Source: Halanaerobiales bacterium
GTDB lineage: Bacteria; Bacillota; Halanaerobiia; Halanaerobiales; M55B127
Direction of reading: 5' to 3'
DNA: 64,000 bases
Assembly: GCA_018399995.1 (NCBI GenBank)
Contig: JAGYMU010000001.1
Span: 152 to 64,151, forward strand
Below the pieces are notes generated by a model, which worked only from the letters and a program-made list of their open reading frames with translations, ran no database searches and had not been told where the DNA came from. The translations under genes were made by a program, and so were the position numbers. Numbering within the stretch: position 1 is the stretch's first letter; the number at the start of each line of letters is the position of its first letter. Below, piece by piece: positions 30,047 to 39,910 of the stretch.

Positions 30047-30757
30047 TTATTGATCAGCCTCCCCGGTAAGTGCTCCAAATTTTCTCTGTCTTATAGCAAA
30101 AGATTTAAGGGCTTTATTTAATTCTTTTTCATCAAATTCAGGCCAATACTTATCTGTAAAGTATAGTTCTGCATAAGCAGACTCCCATAATAGAAAGTTG
30201 CTTATTCGCTTGTCACCACCTGTTCGTATTATAAATTCAACATCAGATATGGTGGGATTATATAAATATTTACTGACCAATTTTTGGGTTATCTCTTCGG
30301 GTTTAAGATTTTTATCAGCTTTTAATTTTTTAATAACATCAATAATTTCTGCCCTGCCTCCATAATTAAAAGCTATATTGAGTATTAATTTATCGTTATC
30401 TTCTGTTAACTTTTCTATTTTTTCGATCTTTTTTAATATTTTTTGATCCAGCTCAGCTCTTCTGCCTATAATATTTATCTTTATATCCTGCTCATCTAAT
30501 TCAGCCGCTTCCCTCTCGATCGTTTGACTGAACAACCCCATCAAATACTTTACTTCTTTTGGAGGCCTTTTCCAATTTTCTGTAGAGAATGCATATACAG
30601 TCAGGCTGGTTATCTCATATTTAATAAGGGATTTTACTGTATCTTTTAAAACCTCTACTCCCTTCTTATGGCCATATGTTCTCGGCATATTTTGCTTTTT
30701 TGCCCAGCGCCCGTTGCCGTCCATTATAATGGCAACATGGTCAGGTAAGTTTTGCAT
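30047..30757 (-). CDS. uppS: Undecaprenyl diphosphate synthase
   Basis: 236 aa with HVAIIMDGNGRWA, SNFLLWESAYAELYF and WPEF. Confidence 0.95.
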   Translation of the reverse strand: MQNLPDHVAIIMDGNGRWAKKQNMPRTYGHKKGVEVLKDTVKSLIKYEITSLTVYAFSTENWKRPPKEVKYLMGLFSQTIEREAAELDEQDIKINIIGRRAELDQKILKKIEKIEKLTEDNDKLILNIAFNYGGRAEIIDVIKKLKADKNLKPEEITQKLVSKYLYNPTISDVEFIIRTGGDKRISNFLLWESAYAELYFTDKYWPEFDEKELNKALKSFAIRQRKFGALTGEADQ

Positions 30758-30808
30758 TTTTGACCTCCTTAAATATTAAATAACCCCCCTATATCATATA
30801 GAGGGGAA

Positions 30809-31003
30809 TTATTCATAATCTTTATAAGAATATAAGATGATATCCTTATCCTCCTGATTTATAATTTTTAAAATAATTTTGTTCCCTCTACCTATTTCAC
30901 GGTCTGGTGGTGCATATTCGATAAGCTCAAAACTGCGTTTTCTATCTAAGTGCTTAATGTATTTTTCTGGTTTTTCCAATAGGTATTTATCTACTTTTTT
31001 CAT
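30809..31003 (-). CDS. Hypothetical 64-aa protein translationally coupled to frr
   Basis: Its ATG shares one A with the frr TAA (TAATG), and GGAGG lies 5 nt upstream. The composition is hydrophilic and Lys/Glu-rich. I do not recognise a family. Confidence 0.5.
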   Translation of the reverse strand: MKKVDKYLLEKPEKYIKHLDRKRSFELIEYAPPDREIGRGNKIILKIINQEDKDIILYSYKDYE

Positions 31004-31560
31004 TATACCTCCATTATAACCTCTTCTTTGCTTTCAGTAATATCATCTATCTTTTCACAGAATTTGTCTGTCAATTCTTGAAGATTATCCAGGCCTCTGT
31101 AAAGATTATCTTCTGAAATTTCGCCTTCTTCTTCCAGTAACTCTAACTCCTCTTTAATATTATGTCTAATATTTCTAATATTAACCTTACCTTTTTCTGC
31201 TTTTTGGTGAAGAATTTTTACGAGTTCTTTTCTTCTTTCCTCTGTAAGTTTAGGGATATTAATTCTAATCACATTACCATCATTATTGGGAGTTAACCCA
31301 AGATTTTCTTTCATTATAGCCTTTTCTATATTTTCAATTACACTTTTATCCCAGGGTTCAATAACCAACTGTCTGGGCTCTGGGGCAACTACTTTTGCCA
31401 TCTGCTGTAGTGGTGTAGCGGTTCCATAGTAGTTAACCATTATATTTTCCACTATTGATGGTCTAGCACGCCCTGTTCGAACCGTATTCAAGTCTTCTTT
31501 TGTTGCCTGAAGAGATTTTTCCATCTTATTTTCAGCTTTTTTGGTTAATTTACCAATCAT
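31003..31560 (-). CDS. frr: Ribosome recycling factor
   Basis: 185 aa with LNTVRTGRARPSIVENI, LGLTPNNDGNVIRINIP and LTEERRKELVK. Confidence 0.95.
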   Translation of the reverse strand: MIGKLTKKAENKMEKSLQATKEDLNTVRTGRARPSIVENIMVNYYGTATPLQQMAKVVAPEPRQLVIEPWDKSVIENIEKAIMKENLGLTPNNDGNVIRINIPKLTEERRKELVKILHQKAEKGKVNIRNIRHNIKEELELLEEEGEISEDNLYRGLDNLQELTDKFCEKIDDITESKEEVIMEV

Positions 31561-31591
31561 TGATTTTCCCCCTTAAATGCATTTATATTGT

Positions 31592-32317
31592 TTATCTTAC
31601 TACAGTTCCCACATCTTCTCCAATAATAGCCCTTTCAATGTTTTCATAATCATCCAGACCAAAAACAATTAATGGTATATTATTATCCATACAGAGAGAA
31701 ATAGCTGTTGAATCCATAACTTTCAAAGATTTATTTAATACTTCTATATAGGTTAGTTCTTTGTATTTGACAGCATTATCATTCTGCAGGGGATCATCGT
31801 CATATACTCCATCTACATTTTTGGCCATTAAAATTGCTTCAGCCGATATTTCTGCTGCTCTCAAAGCAGCCGCAGTATCGGTGGTAAAAAATGGATTACC
31901 AGTCCCGGCTGCAAAGATAACAACCCTACCCTTTTCTAAATGTCGGATTGCTCTTCTTCTAATATAAGGCTCTGCAATTTGACTCATCTCAATAGCTGAC
32001 TGAACTCTTGTTTCCAGTCCATATTTTTCTATAGCGTCTTGTAAGGCCATGGCGTTAATTACGGTTGCCAGCATACCCATATAATCAGCTGTCCCACGAT
32101 CCATACCTTTGGCAGAACCTGCAACTCCCCGAAATATATTGCCACCACCAACTACTATTGCAATTTCAACTTTTGTTTCACTAACAATTTCATTAATTTT
32201 TCCAGCCACATTTTGGATTGTAATTGGATCGATTCCATAATCACGGTTCCCACCCAGGGCAGCACCGCTTAATTTTAACAACACTCTGGAATACTTTGTT
32301 GTTCGAGTCATTACCAT
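31592..32317 (-). CDS. pyrH: UMP kinase
   Basis: 241 aa with [21 protein letters not shown] and [20 protein letters not shown]. Confidence 0.95.
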   Translation of the reverse strand: MVMTRTTKYSRVLLKLSGAALGGNRDYGIDPITIQNVAGKINEIVSETKVEIAIVVGGGNIFRGVAGSAKGMDRGTADYMGMLATVINAMALQDAIEKYGLETRVQSAIEMSQIAEPYIRRRAIRHLEKGRVVIFAAGTGNPFFTTDTAAALRAAEISAEAILMAKNVDGVYDDDPLQNDNAVKYKELTYIEVLNKSLKVMDSTAISLCMDNNIPLIVFGLDDYENIERAIIGEDVGTVVR

Positions 32318-32371
32318 ACCTCCAAGAAATATATTCTCGATTCTATATTAAAATCCTTCATTTGTGTGCAT

Positions 32372-32403
32372 ATTGAAAAAGAGAACACTCGATGTGCTCT
32401 CTT
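32372..32403 (-). terminator. Rho-independent terminator downstream of tsf
   Basis: On the minus strand the stem AAGAGAGCAC / GTGTTCTCTT (one G-U pair, 5-nt loop, nt 32379-32403) is followed by TTTCAATAT. Confidence 0.6.
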
Positions 32404-32417
32404 AAAAATTCATGTAA

Positions 32418-33329
32418 TTATTCGTTTTTATTGACTTCTGCCATTACCTCTTCAGCAAAGTCCTCTTCCTTTTTTTCGATACCTTCACCCAGTTCATATC
32501 TTGTAAATCTTCTAACTGAAATATCAGACTCTTCTAATACATCTTTAACCTGTAAATCCGTATCTCTGATATACTCTTGTTCTAATAAACAGATCTGAGT
32601 ATAATATTTATTAATCTTTCCTTCAACAATTTGATCTAATATATGCTCTGGTTTCCCTTCATTTTTAAGCTGTTCTTTAATAATAGTCTTCTCTTTTTCA
32701 ATCACATCCTGATCAACATCTTCACGACTTAAAAAATCAGGATTACTGGCTGCAATATGCATTGTAATATTTTTAGCAGTATTCAGACCATCATCATCCT
32801 GTTCTCCTTCAAATTCTGCTAAAACACCTATCTTCCCATTTAAGTGTATATATCCATAAAGAAAACCTTCTGTTTCCATCTTGACATACCTGCGTAAATT
32901 AATATTCTCACCAATACCGGCTATAGCTTCTTTGATAATTGTCTCAACAGTTTTATCTTCATTTTTAAACCATTTTTCTGCATTCAACTCAGCTAGATTA
33001 TCAGCACTGCTCAACATAATATGTTCAGAAATACTGTTTACTAGATCTTGAAACCTTTCATTTTTGGCAACAAAGTCAGTTTCACTATTTATTTCTACAA
33101 TAACTCCTTTATCTCTATGGTCATTAATCATAACATTAACCAGGCCTTCTGCAGCAACCCGACCTGATTTCTTAGCAGCTTCAGACATGCCTTTTTCTCT
33201 TAATAAATCAATGGCTGCTTCGATATCTCCCTCGGTTTCGGTTAATGCATTTTTACAATCTAATACTCCAGCCCCTGTTCTTTCTCTTAATTCTTTTATA
33301 TCTTTCATAGATACAGACATTTTATCCAC
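32418..33329 (-). CDS. tsf: Elongation factor Ts
   Basis: 303 aa with IKELRERTGAGVLDCKNAL (UBA-like N-terminus) and ETDFVAKNERF. Confidence 0.95.
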   Translation of the reverse strand: MDKMSVSMKDIKELRERTGAGVLDCKNALTETEGDIEAAIDLLREKGMSEAAKKSGRVAAEGLVNVMINDHRDKGVIVEINSETDFVAKNERFQDLVNSISEHIMLSSADNLAELNAEKWFKNEDKTVETIIKEAIAGIGENINLRRYVKMETEGFLYGYIHLNGKIGVLAEFEGEQDDDGLNTAKNITMHIAASNPDFLSREDVDQDVIEKEKTIIKEQLKNEGKPEHILDQIVEGKINKYYTQICLLEQEYIRDTDLQVKDVLEESDISVRRFTRYELGEGIEKKEEDFAEEVMAEVNKNE

Positions 33330-33340
33330 TCCTTTATTTA

Positions 33341-33380
33341 ATAAAAAAGACGTTGAAAAAAGGGAACCCTTTTAACAACG
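33341..33380 (-). terminator. Hairpin plus U-tract between rpsB and tsf (probable attenuator)
   Basis: On the minus strand CGTTG-TT-AAAAGGG-TT-CCCTTTT-TT-CAACG is followed by TCTTTTTTATT. It lies 14-50 nt after the rpsB stop and 12 nt before the tsf start. Confidence 0.55.
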
Positions 33381-33393
33381 CCTTAAGTAAGTT

Positions 33394-34146
33394 CTATTGT
33401 GGTTCAACAACTTCAAGATCTTCATTTTCTTCTTTATCCTGAATTTGTTCATTTTCAAGCTGTTCTCCCTGTTTTCCAGCTAATACAGCATCAGCTATTA
33501 TTCTACTTATTAATTTTACCGCTCGAATGGCGTCATCATTGCCGGGAATTTCATAATCGATGAGATCAGGATCACAGTTAGTATCCAAAATTGAAACAAT
33601 AGGAATATCAAGCTTTATTGCTTCAGCAACGGCAATTGATTCTTTTCTGGGATCTGTAATGTATACAACATCAGGTAAACCGTCCATATGACGAATACCA
33701 CCCAGGTTTTTCAGCAATTTTTCTCTCTCACGTTCTAACTCGATAACCTCTTTGTTTGGTAAGACCTCAAACAAACCGTCTTCCTCCATCTGCTCAAGCT
33801 CATTTAATCGATCAATGCGCTTGCTGATAGTTTTATAGTTGGTTAACATTCCTCCCAACCAGCGTTGATTAACATAAGGCATTCCACAACGTTCGGCCTC
33901 TTTTTTGATGGTTTCCTGTGCTTGTCTTTTGGTCCCAACAAAAAGAACTTCATGACCTTTAGCTACTTGTTCTCTAACAAAATCATATGCCCTGTCCATC
34001 AACTTGACAGTCTGCTGTAAATCGATAATATAAATTCCATTTCTTTCAGTAAAAATGTAATCCTTCATCTTAGGATTCCATCTTCTGGTTTGGTGTCCAA
34101 AATGTACACCTGCTTCAAGCAGTTGTTTCATATTAACTACAGACAA
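33394..34146 (-). CDS. rpsB: 30S ribosomal protein S2
   Basis: 250 aa with [19 protein letters not shown] and VGTKRQAQE, plus an acidic C-terminal tail. Confidence 0.96.
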   Translation of the reverse strand: MSVVNMKQLLEAGVHFGHQTRRWNPKMKDYIFTERNGIYIIDLQQTVKLMDRAYDFVREQVAKGHEVLFVGTKRQAQETIKKEAERCGMPYVNQRWLGGMLTNYKTISKRIDRLNELEQMEEDGLFEVLPNKEVIELEREREKLLKNLGGIRHMDGLPDVVYITDPRKESIAVAEAIKLDIPIVSILDTNCDPDLIDYEIPGNDDAIRAVKLISRIIADAVLAGKQGEQLENEQIQDKEENEDLEVVEPQ

Positions 34147-34296
34147 TATTGTTACCTCCTCTCCGGTTTTAAACTTCCACCTGCTTCATCCCCTGCTAAT
34201 AGTATCGAAGAGGATTAAGCCTCGATACCACTACTACCCTCATGGGTAGCACCAGTGACAGGGTCAACAAGATGTGTTTATTTATTGCCAATTGAT
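34147..34296 (-). promoter_or_regulatory. Structured, comparatively GC-rich 5' leader of rpsB-tsf
   Basis: About 145 nt between the predicted promoter and the rpsB ATG. It contains the hairpins CTACCC-ATGA-GGGTAG and GTATCGA...TCGATAC and is visibly richer in G+C than the surrounding intergenic DNA. Confidence 0.4.
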
Positions 34297-34325
34297 AGTA
34301 TAACACATAAAAATAGTATTATCAA
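34297..34325 (-). promoter_or_regulatory. Sigma-A-type promoter for rpsB-tsf
   Basis: Minus strand reads TTGATA (34320-34325), 17 nt, TATACT (34297-34302). Confidence 0.5.
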
Positions 34326-34356
34326 TCCAAATATATCAAAAAACTGATTAATTTTT

Positions 34357-35139
34357 TTACATTTTCATTTTTTCTAAATCATCTAATAAATATTGATTGA
34401 GGACTTTAATATAAGTTCCTTTCATCCCCAGAGAACGAGATTCTATTACTCCAGCACTTTCAAATTTACGTAAGGCATTAACAATCACTGATCTGGTTAT
34501 CCCAACCCGGTCAGCCACTTTGCTTGCTACCAATAATCCCTCTTCTCCATCCAGCTCATCAAAAATATGTTCTACCGCTTCCAGTTCGGAGTATGAAAGT
34601 GTGTCAATTGCAATTTGAACGGCTGCTCGCTTGCGAGCCTCTTTTTCTATCTTATTACTTTTTTTTCTTAAGATCTCCATACCAACAACAGAAGCACCAT
34701 ATTCAGCTAAGACAAGATCTGTATCACTAAATTCTTCACCATAACGTGATAAGATTAATGTGCCGAGTCGATCTCCTCCACCAATTATCGGGACAATGGT
34801 TGTCAATTTGTTAGAGTACATACATTCGTTCTCTGGATCAAAAATACATACCCTATCTTCTTGAGTGATATTCGCCTTTGTACCATTTACATTTAATAAA
34901 CTTTGACTATAATCTTCTGGAAATCTGTTTTCCCGAGATACTATTTGATTCATTATTTCGCATTCAAAATCCTCCATGAAAGAATGACCCAGTACTTTAC
35001 CTTTTTTGCTAGTAATGTATGTATTACATTGAATTGCCTCAGATAATACTGGTGCCATCTTTTCAAAGTCAACAGGTTGGCCACCAGACCGCTGCAGCAG
35101 CCTGTTGATCTTCCTGCTTTTTTCTAAAAGTTGACTCAT
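34357..35139 (-). CDS. codY: GTP/branched-chain-amino-acid-sensing pleiotropic repressor CodY
   Basis: 260 aa with an N-terminal GAF-like domain and the C-terminal w[43 protein letters not shown]. Confidence 0.95.
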   Translation of the reverse strand: MSQLLEKSRKINRLLQRSGGQPVDFEKMAPVLSEAIQCNTYITSKKGKVLGHSFMEDFECEIMNQIVSRENRFPEDYSQSLLNVNGTKANITQEDRVCIFDPENECMYSNKLTTIVPIIGGGDRLGTLILSRYGEEFSDTDLVLAEYGASVVGMEILRKKSNKIEKEARKRAAVQIAIDTLSYSELEAVEHIFDELDGEEGLLVASKVADRVGITRSVIVNALRKFESAGVIESRSLGMKGTYIKVLNQYLLDDLEKMKM

Positions 35140-35170
35140 CTAAATTACCTCCATCGATTTTATTTAAAAA

Positions 35171-36547
35171 TTATAATATATATTTGCTTAAATCTTTATC
35201 TTTAACAACTTCAGAAAGTTGTTCTTGTACATATTCAACATTTATTGCTACCTGATTATTCTTTATATTATCAGGAGCATTGTATGATAAATCTTCTAGC
35301 AACTTTTCCATGATTGTATGAAGCCTACGTGCCCCGATGTTTTCTGTTTGTTCATTCACCTCATATGCAAACTCTGCAATCTCTCTTATCGCATTATCTG
35401 TAAAAGAAATATCTAAACCTTCAGTTTTAAGTAGTGAACGGTATTGCCTGGTCAAAGCATTTCTGGGCTGCAGTAAGATCTGTTCAAAATCATCTACCGT
35501 TAGACTATTTAATTCTACCCGCAGAGGAAATCTCCCCTGTAGTTCAGGTATTAAATCCGATGGTTTTGACATATGAAAAGCACCGGCTGCTATAAATAGT
35601 ATATGATCTGTTTTAACAGCACCATGTTTGGTCATGACAGTAGACCCTTCCACAATAGGTAAGATATCTCTCTGTACACCCTCACGAGATACATCAGGGC
35701 CAGATCCCTTGTCTTGACCAGCAATCTTATCTATCTCATCTAAGAATATTATCCCTTGATTTTCAACCAGATCAACTGCCTTTGCCTTGACTTCTTCATC
35801 ATCTATCATTTTTTTTGCTTCTTCTTCTTGTAAAATTTCGATAGCCTCTTTGATCTTAACCTTCCTGTCCTTTTTCTTTTTAGGAAACATATCTCCCAGC
35901 ATATCATTGAAATTTACTCCCATTTCTTCACTACCCTGACCGGTAAAAAGCTCCAGCATTTGAGGGGATTTTTTTTCAACAGAAATTTCTATCATCCTAT
36001 CATCAAGATCTCCATTTTTCAACTTTTCCATAAGTTTATCTCTTCTGCGCTGTATCCTTTGATAACTTTCAGATTTATCCTTGTCTTCATCTTCGTCAGA
36101 TATAAATTGAAAAGGACCTTTATTATCTTTACCTGGGGTGGGTAATAAACTGTCTATGACCCTCTCCTGGGCAGACTGAAGTGCTTCTATTTGAACTTTC
36201 TTAATCTCTTTTTCCTTGACCATACGTATAGCATATTCGATTAGATCTCTTACCATAGATTCTACATCTCTGCCTACATAACCGACCTCAGTAAACTTAG
36301 TTACCTCAACCTTTATAAAAGGCGCCTGAGCAATATTAGCTAATCTTCGGGCTATTTCTGTCTTACCCACTCCGGTCGGTCCGATCATCAAAATATTTTT
36401 TGGTATGATTTCTTCCTGCAGATCTTCATCCACCAACTTGCGGCGGTATCTATTTCTTAAAGCAATCGCAACTGATTTTTTCGCATCGTTTTGACCAATT
36501 ATATATTGATCTAGTTTTTCAACAATTTGACTTGGCGTCAATTCCAT
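35171..36547 (-). CDS. hslU: ATP-dependent protease ATPase subunit HslU (ClpY/CodX)
   Basis: 458 aa with [17 protein letters not shown], Walker [27 protein letters not shown] and RFPLRVEL. Confidence 0.95.
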   Translation of the reverse strand: MELTPSQIVEKLDQYIIGQNDAKKSVAIALRNRYRRKLVDEDLQEEIIPKNILMIGPTGVGKTEIARRLANIAQAPFIKVEVTKFTEVGYVGRDVESMVRDLIEYAIRMVKEKEIKKVQIEALQSAQERVIDSLLPTPGKDNKGPFQFISDEDEDKDKSESYQRIQRRRDKLMEKLKNGDLDDRMIEISVEKKSPQMLELFTGQGSEEMGVNFNDMLGDMFPKKKKDRKVKIKEAIEILQEEEAKKMIDDEEVKAKAVDLVENQGIIFLDEIDKIAGQDKGSGPDVSREGVQRDILPIVEGSTVMTKHGAVKTDHILFIAAGAFHMSKPSDLIPELQGRFPLRVELNSLTVDDFEQILLQPRNALTRQYRSLLKTEGLDISFTDNAIREIAEFAYEVNEQTENIGARRLHTIMEKLLEDLSYNAPDNIKNNQVAINVEYVQEQLSEVVKDKDLSKYIL

Positions 36548-36564
36548 AAAAATCCTCCTCTATC

Positions 36565-37101
36565 TTAAAGATCTTCTATAACAATGTTGTCATTTGTATA
36601 AATACAGATATCAGATGCAATCTTTAAAGATCTTTTTGCAATTTCTGCAGCAGTTAAATCCTGATCAGTTTCGATTAAAGCTCTGGCTGCAGCCTTTGCA
36701 TAAGGACCTCCTGAACCAATTGACATAACCTCATCATCTGGTTCTATCACATCTCCCGTACCTGATATAATCAACATCTTGTTTTGATCAGCCACTAAAA
36801 GTAAGGCTTCCAGCTTACGTAAAATCTTATCTGTACGCCACTCTTTGGCAAGTTCAACAGCAGAACGTTCCAGATTACCATGGTATTCTTCTAACTTTCC
36901 TTCAAATTTTTCAAAAAGAGTAAAGGCATCAGCTGAGGTACCTGCGAAACCCGCAAGAACTTTGTTATGGTAAAGTCGCCTGACCTTACGGGCAGTGGAT
37001 TTCATAACAGTATCGCCCATTGTAACCTGGCCGTCTCCAGCTATAGCTATACTATTTTTATAATTTACAGCAACTATTGTAGTTGCTTTGATTTTGTCCA
37101 T
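36565..37101 (-). CDS. hslV: ATP-dependent protease subunit HslV (ClpQ/CodW)
   Basis: 178 aa. A short MDKIKA pro-sequence precedes TTIVAV, as in B. subtilis CodW. Also GDGQVT and GSGGPYA. Confidence 0.93.
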   Translation of the reverse strand: MDKIKATTIVAVNYKNSIAIAGDGQVTMGDTVMKSTARKVRRLYHNKVLAGFAGTSADAFTLFEKFEGKLEEYHGNLERSAVELAKEWRTDKILRKLEALLLVADQNKMLIISGTGDVIEPDDEVMSIGSGGPYAKAAARALIETDQDLTAAEIAKRSLKIASDICIYTNDNIVIEDL

Positions 37102-37150
37102 GATCTACCTCCTGTAATTTTGTGAATATTATAAATCTTTTAATGAGTAC

Positions 37151-37180
37151 AGTTTAACACAAGCAATTCAACTGTGTCAA
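37151..37180 (-). promoter_or_regulatory. Candidate sigma-A promoter for hslVU-codY
   Basis: Minus strand reads TTGACA (37175-37180), 18 nt, TAAACT (37151-37156). It is embedded in an imperfect inverted repeat, CAGTTT..ACACA / TGTGT..AAACTG. Confidence 0.35.
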
Positions 37181-37192
37181 ACTGGGAGCCTC

Positions 37193-39271
37193 TTATTCCT
37201 TGTCAACTGTATGCTTACAGTCTTTATTTGAACATTTATAATAGTTGCCTCTTTTTTTACTGAATTTTTCTACCATCATACTCCCACATTCAGGGCATTT
37301 TTTATTAGTCGGCTTATCCCAGGAAACAAAATCACATTCGGGATAATTACTGCATCCATAAAATGTTTTGCCCTTTTTGGACTTTCTCTTTACTATCTCA
37401 CCATCTTTACATTTGGGACATTTTACACCAATCTTATCTAGATAAGGTTTGGTATTTTTACATTCTGGGAACCCGGAACATGCCAGAAACTTGCCGTACC
37501 TTCCATGTTTAATAACCATGGGTTTACCACACTTATCACATTTTATATCTGTCTCAATATCCATGTTTACCTTTTTCATATTATCTTTAGCTTCCTCTAA
37601 TCGTTCTGAAAATTCTTTATAGAAATCGCGCAAAATTTCCTGCCACTCTTCTTTGCCCTCTTCGATTTCATCCAATCTATGTTCTAACTGGGCAGTGAAC
37701 TCTATATCTGTGACATCAGGAAAATATTTGTTTAACAGATGATTAACAGTTAATCCCAGATCAGTTGGACTAAAGTATTTGCCCTTCTTTTCAACGTAAT
37801 TTCTTGTCACTATTTTGGATAATGTTGGTGCATAAGTACTTGGTCGGCCAATACCCTCTTCTTCCATAGTTTTGACCAAACTAGCTTCTGTATATCTCGG
37901 TGGCGGGTTGGTGAAATGTTGTTCAGGCTTGATATCTTCCGCAGTAATTATATCTGATTTTTGTACATCTGGAATATAGTCCTTACCATTATCTTTCTTA
38001 AATAACTTTAAAAAACCGGGAAAGATTAATTCAGATCCGTTGAAACGAAAATTATATTTCCCATTTAAAATATCAATTGTATATGTTTTATATATTGCCG
38101 GCTGCATTTGACTTCCAATAAATTGATTCCAGATCAATTTATATAAAGCATATTGGTCACTTGAAAGATATTCTTTTATTTTATCCGGCGATCTAAATGC
38201 AGAAGTTGGCCTTATAGCCTCATGTGCATCCTGGCTATTATTTTTCTTTTTATTATATTTTTTGTTGTTTTGATGGTATTTCTCTCCAAATACTTCTTTA
38301 ACGTACTTGGCTGCTTCACTGCGGGCTTCATTAGAAAGACGTGTGCTGTCTGTTCTGATATAACTTATTAAGCCTATTGTACCACTCTTACCAATATTTA
38401 GCCCTTCATATAATTTTTGGGCAAGGTACATTGTCTTTTTAGCAGAAAAATTAAGAACAGAAGAAGCCCTCTGCTGAAGAGTTGAGGTAGTAAAGGGTGG
38501 ATATGGATTTCTTTTGCGTTTTTTAACCTTTATGTCTTCTATCTTATATTCATTTTTTTCTAAATCATTTTCCACCTTATCAACTGCAGCTTCTTCATTT
38601 AGTTCAAAATCTTCGTTGTCAATTTTAAATAAATCTGCAGTAAAATCTTTTTTCCCATCATTAAAGACAGCAGTTATTGTCCAGTATTCGACCTTTTCAA
38701 AATCTTCTATTTCTTTTTCTCTTTCACAAATTATCTTAACAGCTACAGATTGAACTCGCCCTGCACTCAGACCCTTTCTCACTTTTTTCCAAAGCAGGGG
38801 ACTCAATTTATATCCAACCAGCCTATCTAAAAGCCTCCTGGCCTGTTGAGCATCAACTAAGTTTTGATCTATTTCTCTTGGATTATCTATAGCCTTTTTT
38901 ATTGCATTTTTTGTTATTTCATTGAATGCAATTCTGTTTTTATTTTCATCTAGTTTTAAAGACCTAGATAGATGCCATGAAATAGCTTCACCTTCTCTAT
39001 CAGGGTCAGTTGCTAAATAAACTTTATCACTTTTCTTTTTAGCCTTTCTTAATTTGCTTAAGATCTTACCCTTACCTCTTATTGTAATATAGTTAGGTTT
39101 GAAATCATCATCAATATCAATACCCATCTTGCTTTTGGGTAGATCAACAACATGTCCCATAGAAGCCTCAACTTTATAATTTCTACCCAAAAATTTTTTG
39201 ATTGTTTTAGCCTTTGCTGGGGATTCTACAATTACTAAATTCTGTTTAGACATATGCAATATTACCTCCAA
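37193..39271 (-). CDS. topA: DNA topoisomerase I
   Basis: 692 aa with a TOPRIM domain (LVIVESPAKAKTI and DPDREGEAI), the active-site region SYIRTDS and three C-terminal Cys4 zinc ribbons. Confidence 0.96.
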   Translation of the reverse strand: MEVILHMSKQNLVIVESPAKAKTIKKFLGRNYKVEASMGHVVDLPKSKMGIDIDDDFKPNYITIRGKGKILSKLRKAKKKSDKVYLATDPDREGEAISWHLSRSLKLDENKNRIAFNEITKNAIKKAIDNPREIDQNLVDAQQARRLLDRLVGYKLSPLLWKKVRKGLSAGRVQSVAVKIICEREKEIEDFEKVEYWTITAVFNDGKKDFTADLFKIDNEDFELNEEAAVDKVENDLEKNEYKIEDIKVKKRKRNPYPPFTTSTLQQRASSVLNFSAKKTMYLAQKLYEGLNIGKSGTIGLISYIRTDSTRLSNEARSEAAKYVKEVFGEKYHQNNKKYNKKKNNSQDAHEAIRPTSAFRSPDKIKEYLSSDQYALYKLIWNQFIGSQMQPAIYKTYTIDILNGKYNFRFNGSELIFPGFLKLFKKDNGKDYIPDVQKSDIITAEDIKPEQHFTNPPPRYTEASLVKTMEEEGIGRPSTYAPTLSKIVTRNYVEKKGKYFSPTDLGLTVNHLLNKYFPDVTDIEFTAQLEHRLDEIEEGKEEWQEILRDFYKEFSERLEEAKDNMKKVNMDIETDIKCDKCGKPMVIKHGRYGKFLACSGFPECKNTKPYLDKIGVKCPKCKDGEIVKRKSKKGKTFYGCSNYPECDFVSWDKPTNKKCPECGSMMVEKFSKKRGNYYKCSNKDCKHTVDKE

Positions 39272-39276
39272 AATTT

Positions 39277-39765
39277 TTAATTAATATATTTAAAATCTTT
39301 CGATAAATTTACGGAAAACCCGCTGAAGTGACCGGAAATATATTCAATACGCTTTTCGTCTTTGACTACATTTTGTATTAAATCCCAGAAATCGAAGCCT
39401 TCCTTATTTCCATAATAGACATTTTGAATAATCTTATTTACTATTTCTTCGGTCTCTTTAATAGTAATAATATTTATCATCAACATTCTTTTGATTAAAC
39501 CCCTGTACTGTTTGGGTATATACATTTTTTCCTGTACTGTAAATACTCTATTTAAAAAATTGTCCTCAGATAATCCTTCAACATCATCAGATGTGATGAT
39601 TTCAGGTTTTTCAAAAATTATCTGAAAGGCTTCATCGATATCATCGAGTTCATATCCCATATCAACCAGATCGTCAATAAGGAGGTCCTGGTCAACAACT
39701 TCATCTCCGCTATTTAATAACTCTTCAATTAAATAACTTAATATATCAAAAATTTTTTCTCTCAT
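39277..39765 (-). CDS. smg: Smg-like protein (DUF494)
   Basis: From M19 the protein reads MREKIFDILSYLIEEL...VDQDLLIDDLVDMGYELDDIDEAF. This aligns by eye with E. coli Smg (MFDVLMYLFE...DQDKLEQDLTDAGFEREDI). It occupies the conserved position upstream of topA. The longest ORF starts at 39819, and the start is uncertain because no strong RBS is present. Confidence 0.7.
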   Translation of the reverse strand: MREKIFDILSYLIEELLNSGDEVVDQDLLIDDLVDMGYELDDIDEAFQIIFEKPEIITSDDVEGLSEDNFLNRVFTVQEKMYIPKQYRGLIKRMLMINIITIKETEEIVNKIIQNVYYGNKEGFDFWDLIQNVVKDEKRIEYISGHFSGFSVNLSKDFKYIN

Positions 39766-39910
39766 TATATATCCGCAGAAAACCTGCTCATCCCTCCTTG
39801 ATTTATTTTCTTTGCACATAACTATTATATCATTATAGATGTTTGATATTTGTTTGTAAAGTAATTTTTAAGATTTTTGAAAAGATTTTGACTTATCAAG
39901 TAAAGGGTAT

